Shown one piece after another: positions 1-6,230 of a stretch of 20,000 nucleotides of DNA. The DNA lies in IMG/VR virus record IMGVR_UViG_2061766007_000578; one strand, given 5' to 3'. The position numbers and the translations under genes were made by a program. This stretch comes from an uncultured virus (IMG/VR IMGVR_UViG_2061766007_000578) (Duplodnaviria; Heunggongvirae; Uroviricota; Caudoviricetes). Below the pieces are notes generated by a model, which worked only from the letters and a program-made list of their open reading frames with translations, was not told the DNA's origin and did no database searches. Numbering within the stretch: the first letter of the stretch is position 1; each line of letters begins with the position of its first letter.

Positions 1-100
1 GTTTAACTTGGTTCAAATTAAACAAGGAACTAAACAAGAAATAAAACACCTGCTACGCCGTATTCACGGTTTCACAGGTTCATAAGTATTATAACAGTTT

Positions 101-171
101 TAGTTATTAAGGCAAGTGCGCATAGCCTTGATATACGGACTACACAGGTGCATGAGTGTAGTTCCTAACTA
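101..171 (+). ncRNA. Candidate structured 5' leader RNA (three-way junction)
   Basis: P1 TAGTTA(101-106)/TAACTA(166-171); P2 TTAAGGC(107-113)/GCCTTGA(125-131); P3 GGACTACAC(137-145)/GTGTAGTTCC(156-165); lies just upstream of the SD (AGGAGG) of ORF 201. Confidence 0.45.
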
Positions 172-200
172 CAAAAAATTAAAGTAGGAGGTAAAAAGAA

Positions 201-1046
201 ATGTCATTAACAAATGATGGAAACCTTGTAATGCCTGTTTCGCCTATGTACGGCGGTGGTAATGGCTTCGGTGGCGGCTTCGGCTGCGATTGGGGCTGGA
301 TTATCCTTCTTCTCCTGTTCGCAGGTGGAGGATGGGGAATGGGCGGCTTCGGCGGCGGTATGGGTGGCTATGATTTCCCGTGGCTTCTCACAGGACAGCA
401 GAATATCAACTCCAACACCAACAACGGATTCCGTGATGCCATGATTAACGACAACATTACATCTGTTCGTGACGGTATAGCCGACATTTCAACACAACTT
501 TGTGGTGGTTTTGCCGGAACTACAGCGGCAGTAACAAACGCACAGAACGCTATCACACAGCAGATGTACGCTAATCAGATTGCAGACCTTAACAGAAGTT
601 TCGATGCACAGGTAGCAAACACAGCAGGACTTACTAATATTTCTGCACAACTTGCTAATTGTTGCTGTGAGAACAGAGCCGCAACACAGGATGTTAAGTA
701 CACGATAGCAACAGAAGCGTGTGCAAACAGGGCTACAAGCACAGCAAACACACAGGCTATTCTTGACAAACTTTGTCAGCTTGAACTGGATGGAGTTAAG
801 GCGCAGGTTGACGCAAAGAACGACAGAATACTTGAACTTCAAAATCAACTGAATATGGCTACCCTTCGTGAATCGCAGACCGCACAGAACGCATTTATCG
901 CACAGGGATTTAGTGATGAAGTAGATCAGCTTTACAACAGGCTTAATAACTGTCCTGTTCCGAGTACACCTGTCTACGGACGCACACCTATATTCACCTG
1001 TGGCAATCAGGGTGGATGTGGATGTAACGGCGGTTTCTACAACTGA
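201..1046 (+). CDS. Gly-rich, putative membrane-associated coiled-coil protein with Cys clusters (phage accessory, unknown function)
   Basis: 281 aa, SD AGGAGG; hydrophobic WIILLLLFA flanked by Gly-rich tracts; Asn/Gln/Ala heptad region; NCCCENR; C-terminal CGNQGGCGC. Confidence 0.85.
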   Translation: MSLTNDGNLVMPVSPMYGGGNGFGGGFGCDWGWIILLLLFAGGGWGMGGFGGGMGGYDFPWLLTGQQNINSNTNNGFRDAMINDNITSVRDGIADISTQLCGGFAGTTAAVTNAQNAITQQMYANQIADLNRSFDAQVANTAGLTNISAQLANCCCENRAATQDVKYTIATEACANRATSTANTQAILDKLCQLELDGVKAQVDAKNDRILELQNQLNMATLRESQTAQNAFIAQGFSDEVDQLYNRLNNCPVPSTPVYGRTPIFTCGNQGGCGCNGGFYN

Positions 1047-1061
1047 TAAGGGGGTATTGCT

Positions 1062-1517
1062 ATGTCACAGTATTTAACGAGTAGTGATACATTGGTAGCA
1101 TTGAACGCTACCATACCTTTCAACAGCGTTTCTATTCCTTGCAATACGGGTAATGTAATTCCCGTGGTGACAGGAGTTCTTACTGTAAAGGGCAATACTT
1201 CTAACCGCTTTGCAAGATATGTGGTGACGGTAGAAGGGAACATAAGTGTGCCGGAAGGTGGAGAAGTGACCGCTATAGCTTTGGGAATAGCCCTCAATGG
1301 TGCTGTAATACCTGAAAGCGTAGCAATCTTCACGCCACAGGCGGTTGAGGAATACGGTCATATAAACACAAGGGCGGTAATAACTGTTCCGTGTGGGTGT
1401 TGTGCAACGGTATCGGCAGTTTATACAGATGGAACAGAGGATGACCCGGCAGTAACACCTACACCGTCAATCACAGTAAGACGCAATGCTTCAATATCGG
1501 TTGAAAGAATAGCGTAG
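1062..1517 (+). CDS. Small beta-strand-rich protein with PCGCC motif (possible jelly-roll/BclA-C-like fold)
   Basis: 151 aa, SD AAGGGGG; Val/Thr/Ile-rich alternating pattern. Fold is inference. Confidence 0.75.
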   Translation: MSQYLTSSDTLVALNATIPFNSVSIPCNTGNVIPVVTGVLTVKGNTSNRFARYVVTVEGNISVPEGGEVTAIALGIALNGAVIPESVAIFTPQAVEEYGHINTRAVITVPCGCCATVSAVYTDGTEDDPAVTPTPSITVRRNASISVERIA

Positions 1518-1530
1518 AAAGGAGTGCAAG

Positions 1531-1929
1531 ATGGGAAATTTACTTGACGAAATTTACGATGCTGAACACCTCCTTTGCAAAGGCTTACATGAGATCAACG
1601 AGAAGGACAGCCTTGATAAGAACACCCTTGAAATGATGGGTGAACTTATAGATATGGCAAAAGACTACTACGAAATAACCATGAGAGCCGAATATCCTGA
1701 ATACTCACAGGGAGTTGTAAGAAGGGATGATTACTCTATGCGTGGTGATTATATGTATGACGGTAATCAAAGTTATGCAAGGCGTAGGGATAGCAGAGGA
1801 CGGTATTCCAGAGGTTATAGCCGTGGGGACGATATGATTTCACGCCTTGAAGAAAAGATGAATAATGCCCCTAACGAGGTAGAGCGTGAGAAGTATCGCA
1901 AAATGATTATCGAAATGGAAAATATGTAA
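1531..1929 (+). CDS. Hypothetical protein, helical ends with central Arg/Tyr/Ser/Gly low-complexity tract
   Basis: 132 aa, SD AAGGAG; YARRRDSRGRYSRGYSRG tract. Confidence 0.8.
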   Translation: MGNLLDEIYDAEHLLCKGLHEINEKDSLDKNTLEMMGELIDMAKDYYEITMRAEYPEYSQGVVRRDDYSMRGDYMYDGNQSYARRRDSRGRYSRGYSRGDDMISRLEEKMNNAPNEVEREKYRKMIIEMENM

Positions 1930-1941
1930 AACTGAATACGG

Positions 1942-1974
1942 GAAAAAGGGGCTTACTTCGGTAAGTCCTTTTTC
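1942..1974 (+). terminator. Intrinsic terminator (probably bidirectional)
   Basis: GAAAAAGGGGCTTAC-TTCG-GTAAGTCCTTTTTC; C(UUCG)G tetraloop, A-run before and T-run after, 12 nt downstream of the 1929 stop. Confidence 0.85.
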
Positions 1975-2048
1975 ATGCTTTTAAAAACAATGTGTCCGAT
2001 TTTTGTCCGATAAAACCCGTGAAACGCCGATAAACACTGCATTGAAGG

Positions 2049-2095
2049 CTTGACTTTTAATCAAGTTGTCGAGGGTTCGATTCCCTCGTGACTCA
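2049..2095 (+). other. att core: 3' half of tRNA-Lys(UUU) (not a complete tRNA)
   Basis: Anticodon arm CTTGA-CTTTTAA-TCAAG (TTT at 2056-2058), variable loop TTGTC, T arm GAGGG-TTCGATT-CCCTC, acceptor 3' strand GTGACTC-A; no D arm or 5' acceptor strand upstream. Confidence 0.9.
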
Positions 2096-2102
2096 CGAAT
2101 GT

Positions 2103-2148
2103 AAAAATAGCGGAAAATCCAGTAAACAAGAGGGTTTCCGCTATTTTT
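2103..2148. terminator. Bidirectional terminator-like hairpin after the att core
   Basis: Perfect 14-bp inverted repeat AAAAATAGCGGAAA (2103-2116) / TTTCCGCTATTTTT (2135-2148). Confidence 0.8.
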
Positions 2149-2162
2149 CTTTTCTCACAAAG

Positions 2163-2195
2163 TAACCCAAAATAACCCAAAATAACTCAAAATAA
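2163..2195. repeat. 10-bp tandem repeat, possible Xis/RDF-binding sites
   Basis: TAACCCAAAA TAACCCAAAA TAACTCAAAA TAA, between the core and the right arm repeats. Confidence 0.6.
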
Positions 2196-2278
2196 GTGTC
2201 CGATTTTGTCCGATTTGGAATGTTTCACGAACCAAGTGTCCGATTTGTGTCCGATTTTTTTGAAAAATCCCTTCTTAT

Positions 2279-3406
2279 TTAAATGCAATTTACGGCATTT
2301 TTTATGTTTTCTTTGGATTCGTTTATGTGAGAATACACATCGAGAACCATCTTTTCATTGTCACCGAGAAGTCTTGCAATCATTTTTGTAGAAATTGTAG
2401 GTATTTGATAGCATAATTCAGTACAGTAATTATGCCGGAAGATATGCGGAGTTAAATTTGTAATCTGCTTTTCTTTCCTGTCTTTCTTTGCGTTTGGATC
2501 GTAACCTAAAGCAATATTCATTGATACAATAATGCTTTCCCACATCCGGGTAAAGGCTGAAAGTGTCATTAGTTCTGTATTTCTTCCGTGGAAAATAAAC
2601 CCTTCGCAGGTGGCAACAAAAGGTTTTATGCGTGGAATTGCCTTATCAGGAATGGGGATTACTCTTATTCCATTGTCGGATTTAGGGTAGTCTTTGAGTG
2701 ATGGAATACCGTTTTTACCAAAAATTAATACTTTGTTTATAGATAATTCATTATTATTCCAGTTGAAATCGGACGGGGTTAAGGCTAATGCTTCACCACG
2801 CCTTACACCCAAGTAATATAAAATGCTGATAAAAGCCTGTTTTCTATCGTCTAACTGGACGGTTTCAAATGCTTTCTTTTCTAAAGCCGTTAAAGGGCGT
2901 TTTTCGGGTTTTTTGTATTTGGGCAAGGAAATGTCTGAACAGATATCTTCAAATGCACTACGGGGCAAAATACGGTCTTTCACGGCACTTTTAATTATCT
3001 GCCGGACAGTAAGATAAATTTGTTGGCAAGTCCGAGGATGATCCTGCTGATAATTTATAAGTTGCTGAAAGTGAGAATGTGTGAAATCTGATATAGAAAT
3101 ATGACCAAAAGGCTGTAAATGCTTATTAATGATATTTTCATACATCCTTTGGGTATTCTGTTCTTTAACTGATTTAGAGGTTTTAAGCCACGCTAAAGAG
3201 TATTGCCAGAAGGTCATATCAGAATAAACCGTAGCACCATTATTTTTGCGGCGGTCGTTAAATTCTTGTACTTTTAATTCAAGATCACGGGAAGATTTAT
3301 AAGAAGTTAGGTGTATGCGGTGTTTCGTACCATTCGGAGTATATGTACCGTCCCACACTTTAGTTTCATAAAATCCCCGGTCATTCTTTTTGTATTTTGT
3401 ACCCAT
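2279..3406 (-). CDS. int: Tyrosine recombinase / phage integrase
   Basis: 375 aa; GVRRGEALAL (catalytic R), HIFRH (HxxR), VYSH (catalytic Y); adjacent to the att site. Confidence 0.95.
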   Translation of the reverse strand: MGTKYKKNDRGFYETKVWDGTYTPNGTKHRIHLTSYKSSRDLELKVQEFNDRRKNNGATVYSDMTFWQYSLAWLKTSKSVKEQNTQRMYENIINKHLQPFGHISISDFTHSHFQQLINYQQDHPRTCQQIYLTVRQIIKSAVKDRILPRSAFEDICSDISLPKYKKPEKRPLTALEKKAFETVQLDDRKQAFISILYYLGVRRGEALALTPSDFNWNNNELSINKVLIFGKNGIPSLKDYPKSDNGIRVIPIPDKAIPRIKPFVATCEGFIFHGRNTELMTLSAFTRMWESIIVSMNIALGYDPNAKKDRKEKQITNLTPHIFRHNYCTELCYQIPTISTKMIARLLGDNEKMVLDVYSHINESKENIKNAVNCI

Positions 3407-3934
3407 TTACACCTCTTTATAATTGTGGCATGACAATAAACGGGTTAGTAATTCCTCAATGCGCTTATCTTTAGCTGTTACAGATTCTAAAAGTAAGTCC
3501 ATTCGTTTGTCTTTATACGCCACTTGTTCTTTTAGGAAGTCAATGCTCTTATTAAATCTTTCCCGTTCTTCATCTATCTTTTCATGGAACTGTATCTTTT
3601 GTTTGTCGATAAGTGAGTTAAGGTGTTCGATTTGTTGTTCCAGTTCTTCAATGCGTTGTATCTTATATTTGAGAAGGGATTTCATAGCACGAACATCCAT
3701 ATTATCATCTTCTTCTATGGTTTCCATATCAAGAAGTGCTTTTGCTATGGGTCTTACAGTTTCTTCATACCTGAAAGACAAATCTTCCGAACCCTCTGAA
3801 AATACCCTTGATATGGTGGATTTTGACAGGAAATCACCGTTTTTCTCCATGAGATCAAGGATATCGCCGTAGGACAATCCTTTTTCTTCCCTAACTTCTT
3901 TTAGTTTCAGAATAATATCTTTGGTGTTCGTCAT
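3407..3934 (-). CDS. XRE-like HTH protein with C-terminal coiled coil
   Basis: LKEVREEKGLSYGDI...LSKSTISRVFS; heptad-rich C-terminus; SD AGGAGG; stop abuts the integrase ATG (TAAATG). Confidence 0.8.
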   Translation of the reverse strand: MTNTKDIILKLKEVREEKGLSYGDILDLMEKNGDFLSKSTISRVFSEGSEDLSFRYEETVRPIAKALLDMETIEEDDNMDVRAMKSLLKYKIQRIEELEQQIEHLNSLIDKQKIQFHEKIDEERERFNKSIDFLKEQVAYKDKRMDLLLESVTAKDKRIEELLTRLLSCHNYKEV

Positions 3935-4012
3935 ATAATCCTCCTGTTTGATATTTGGAACTTCTCATAGAAATATGTTAATGCTACAATCCCGAAAAAA
4001 GGGGGTGACAAA

Positions 4013-4123
4013 ATGAGTGAATACGAATTTATAATCCTTTGGTGTCAATCAAGCGAAGAAGTCAGGAATCAGATTGAGTTGGTTTTAACAGAGCATCAAC
4101 AGCAGATTGAACCTGCGGAATAG
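4013..4123 (+). CDS. 36-aa small ORF antisense to the 3' end of the repressor (not in ORF track)
   Basis: MSEYEFIILWCQSSEEVRNQIELVLTEHQQQIEPAE*; SD AAGGGGGTG; extended -10-like TGCTACAAT at 3982-3990. Confidence 0.5.
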   Translation: MSEYEFIILWCQSSEEVRNQIELVLTEHQQQIEPAE

Positions 4124-4421
4124 ATTTCTTGTATTGTTGATATAGTAGTAATGCTTTTTCCATATCACGGGATTCATAATCAATAATAGTAGGGGTTAAT
4201 TCCATAGGAACATCTAATCCCATTAACCATGTTGGATTAACAGCTAATGCATTGGAAAGAATAGCCAATTTTTCTTCTTTAGGTTTTGCGTACCCGCTTC
4301 TGTATTGGCTTATGGTGGATTCACTTATTTTTGTTTTTCGTGATAGATCAGCAGGAAGAATATTTCTTATTTCTAATGCCTGATTAAATCTGTCCTTAAA
4401 AGTTGAAACAACGTTTATCAT
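4062..4421 (-). CDS. CI-like XRE repressor (no C-terminal peptidase domain)
   Basis: ADLSRKTKISESTISQYRSGYAKP...ALAVNPTWLMGLDVPM; divergent from the cro-like gene. Confidence 0.9.
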   Translation of the reverse strand: MINVVSTFKDRFNQALEIRNILPADLSRKTKISESTISQYRSGYAKPKEEKLAILSNALAVNPTWLMGLDVPMELTPTIIDYESRDMEKALLLYQQYKKSIPQVQSAVDALLKPTQSDS

Positions 4422-4442
4422 ATTTCCATCCCCCTTGTTATC

Positions 4443-4471
4443 ATAATATAGGATATTTCTCCATATTTCAA
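4443..4471 (-). promoter_or_regulatory. sigmaA-type promoter for cI
   Basis: Minus strand TTGAAA-N17-TATTAT. Confidence 0.65.
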
Positions 4472-4510
4472 CACATTAAACAAAAACTTTCAAAAAATTA
4501 AAAAAAGGTA

Positions 4511-4539
4511 TTGACTTGCCACTTTCAAAGTGGTAAAGT
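4511..4539 (+). promoter_or_regulatory. sigmaA-type early lytic promoter with overlapping operator palindrome
   Basis: TTGACT-N17-TAAAGT with extended TG; CCACTTT-C-AAAGTGG palindrome (4519-4533) fills the spacer. Confidence 0.75.
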
Positions 4540-4584
4540 CTTACCCATAGGGAAACACAACATATTGAATGGAAGGAGTAAAAA

Positions 4585-4809
4585 ATGGCAAATCAATACA
4601 ATAAGTTGAGGGGACGCATAGTTGAAATCTTCGGCTCTCAATCAAAATTTGCTGATGCTGTCGGACAATCCGAACAGATCATAACGGCAAAGTTAGCCGG
4701 GCGTTCTTCTTTTACACAGGATAATATAATCGCATGGTGTAAGACATTAGATATTGACCAAAACGAGATAGGCAGTTATTTTTTTGCCCCTAAACTTTCA
4801 AAGGATTAA
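4585..4809 (+). CDS. Cro-like HTH protein (DUF739-like)
   Basis: YNKLRGRIVEIFGSQSKFADAVG...IGSYFF; first rightward gene; SD AAGGAG. Confidence 0.85.
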   Translation: MANQYNKLRGRIVEIFGSQSKFADAVGQSEQIITAKLAGRSSFTQDNIIAWCKTLDIDQNEIGSYFFAPKLSKD

Positions 4810-4814
4810 AGAAT

Positions 4815-5018
4815 ATGACATATCCAAAACAGGTAATGACAACTAAAGAACTTTTAGAAATGGGATTTCCGCTTACCTATCTGAAAGAGGTTAGCAACCG
4901 TCACGGACAGAAAGTGGCATGGAAGAAATCACCTGCAAAGAACAGCGGCTTTTTATGGGATTGTGAACAACTGGAAAAGATCAGGCAAGCGGATTGTGTA
5001 AAGGGTTATCAGTGGTGA
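4815..5018 (+). CDS. Small basic protein, possible excisionase/MerR-like wHTH
   Basis: 67 aa, MTTKELLEMGFP start; position right after cro. Confidence 0.5.
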   Translation: MTYPKQVMTTKELLEMGFPLTYLKEVSNRHGQKVAWKKSPAKNSGFLWDCEQLEKIRQADCVKGYQW

Positions 5019-5206
5019 GAACAGGAACAGTTGAAAGTTATAAGGCTAAATTCGGACACGGCTTTCTTATAGATGATGAAACAGGAAAAAAACTTTTCTT
5101 CTCTTATAGGAAAGAAGAAATAGAGCCGGGAACGGAAGTTGAATTTGAACAGATCGTAAAAGACCGAAAAGGTCTGAAAGCAGAGGGGGTAACTATTGTT
5201 GAGTAA
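5015..5206 (+). CDS. Cold-shock domain (OB-fold) protein
   Basis: TGTVESYKAKFGHGFL (RNP1-like), LFFSY (RNP2-like), GTEVEFE, KGLKAEGV; GTGA overlap start at 5015 preferred over 4994. Confidence 0.8.
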   Translation: MRTGTVESYKAKFGHGFLIDDETGKKLFFSYRKEEIEPGTEVEFEQIVKDRKGLKAEGVTIVE

Positions 5207-5807
5207 ATATAATCGGATATGGTTTGAAATCCTAATAGGTATCTTAATGGGAATGATAATCGGATCGTTTCTCTTACCTAAAGAAGTATGGGCGGTAGAG
5301 CCAGTATTACAGGTGGATTTAGGTCAAACCGTTATTGAGGATATGACACATCCCCACGGCGGGGAAATAGAAGAAGCTGAAAACTTCTTATCAGAAAATC
5401 ACATCGTTATATCAGAAGAAATCGAACAACTAACAATTAAATACGGCAAAGAATACGGTATCTGCCCTGAAATCTTACAGGCGATGATATGGGTTGAAAG
5501 CAACGGCATAGCAGATATAGCAAATTCAAGCGGTTGCAAAGGCTTAATGCAGATTAAGGAATCATCACATAGAAGAAGGATGGAAAGATTAGGGGTTACG
5601 GATTTATTTGATCCCGAAAGCAATGTCAAGGTTGGTACAGATTACCTTGCAGAACTTACACAAACTTATGATTTACCTGCCGCTTTGTATCTCTATAACG
5701 GGAATACAAAAGGTTGTAACAGATATATCGAAACAGGAGAAACAAGCGGCTATGTAAATAAGATATTGCGCATATCTAAAGCATTAGAACAAGTACATTA
5801 CAAATGA
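5196..5807 (+). CDS. SLT-domain lytic transglycosylase with N-terminal TM/signal segment
   Basis: ILQAMIWVES (catalytic Glu), GLMQ, LFDPESNVKVGTDYL, ALYLYNG; hydrophobic ILIGILMGMIIGSFLL. Confidence 0.9.
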   Translation: MLSKYNRIWFEILIGILMGMIIGSFLLPKEVWAVEPVLQVDLGQTVIEDMTHPHGGEIEEAENFLSENHIVISEEIEQLTIKYGKEYGICPEILQAMIWVESNGIADIANSSGCKGLMQIKESSHRRRMERLGVTDLFDPESNVKVGTDYLAELTQTYDLPAALYLYNGNTKGCNRYIETGETSGYVNKILRISKALEQVHYK

Positions 5808-5821
5808 AATGGGGTGAAGGA

Positions 5822-6019
5822 ATGGAAAGTGATCGTGTTATCAGAATGACACAAGACTTAAAGAGAAAGACCGAAGCATTGGAGTTTTTGAGATCAGCTT
5901 TAGTGGCGGATAGTTTAGTCCTCTATCCTTGCAAGGCACTGTCAAAAGAAGTGATTAATCAGGCATTTAACATAGCCGGAATAGAGCCTGTAGTAGATAG
6001 GGAAGTGAGCCTGATATGA
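5822..6019 (+). CDS. Hypothetical phage protein
   Basis: In-operon ORF; ATG 5822 follows GGGGTGAAGGA (track start 5804). Confidence 0.65.
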   Translation: MESDRVIRMTQDLKRKTEALEFLRSALVADSLVLYPCKALSKEVINQAFNIAGIEPVVDREVSLI

Positions 6020-6219
6020 GAACTGATGATCCTATTTACGATATGGAAAAGTCACAGGAAGATACCCGAAAACCTATAGCAACTTGTGAATACTGCGGGT
6101 GCGATATACACGGATCAGATGCCACGCATTATGCAGATGATGCCTATTATGACGGGTCTATATGGTTTTGTGAGGAATGTAAAGACACATATCTACAACA
6201 ATTCAAAATTTCAGATTGA
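6016..6219 (+). CDS. Small Zn-finger protein
   Basis: CEYC...CEEC; ATGA overlap with upstream ORF. Confidence 0.7.
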   Translation: MRTDDPIYDMEKSQEDTRKPIATCEYCGCDIHGSDATHYADDAYYDGSIWFCEECKDTYLQQFKISD

Positions 6220-6230
6220 AAGGGGAAGGA

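Larger units (their letters stand above)
1993..2255. other. attP region with integrase arm-type repeats
   Basis: Six direct TGTCCGAT copies in three pairs (1993, 2004 | 2197, 2207, 2237, 2248) on both sides of a tRNA 3'-half, directly downstream of the integrase stop. Confidence 0.85.

Noticed and set aside
1..46. TAAACAAG repeats (19-26, 31-38) as operator
   Set aside because: Only two copies in AT-rich sequence cut by the window edge; insufficient support.
63..95. Sporulation sigma (SigK/SigE) promoter for the three-gene cassette
   Set aside because: CATAAGTA does not fit CATAnnnT and the upstream spacing is wrong; cannot be supported.
101..171. Purine riboswitch or hammerhead ribozyme
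   Set aside because: Lacks the purine-riboswitch junction sequences and the hammerhead CUGANGA/GAAA core; kept only as an unnamed structure.
2020..2098. Complete tRNA-Lys gene
   Set aside because: No D arm or 5' acceptor strand; only the 3' half is present, consistent with an att core.
1993..2255. CRISPR array from the TGTCCGAT repeats
   Set aside because: Repeats are 8 bp, irregularly spaced, with no spacers or cas genes; the layout fits integrase arm sites.
2206..2391. 61-aa plus-strand ORF
   Set aside because: Starts within the att arm repeats, antisense to int, no SD.
3423..3872. 149-aa plus-strand ORF and other long antisense ORFs (e.g. 12338..12721, 14506..14916, 18589..18954)
   Set aside because: Ser/Leu/Phe-rich shadows of real genes on the opposite strand, with no SD or motifs.
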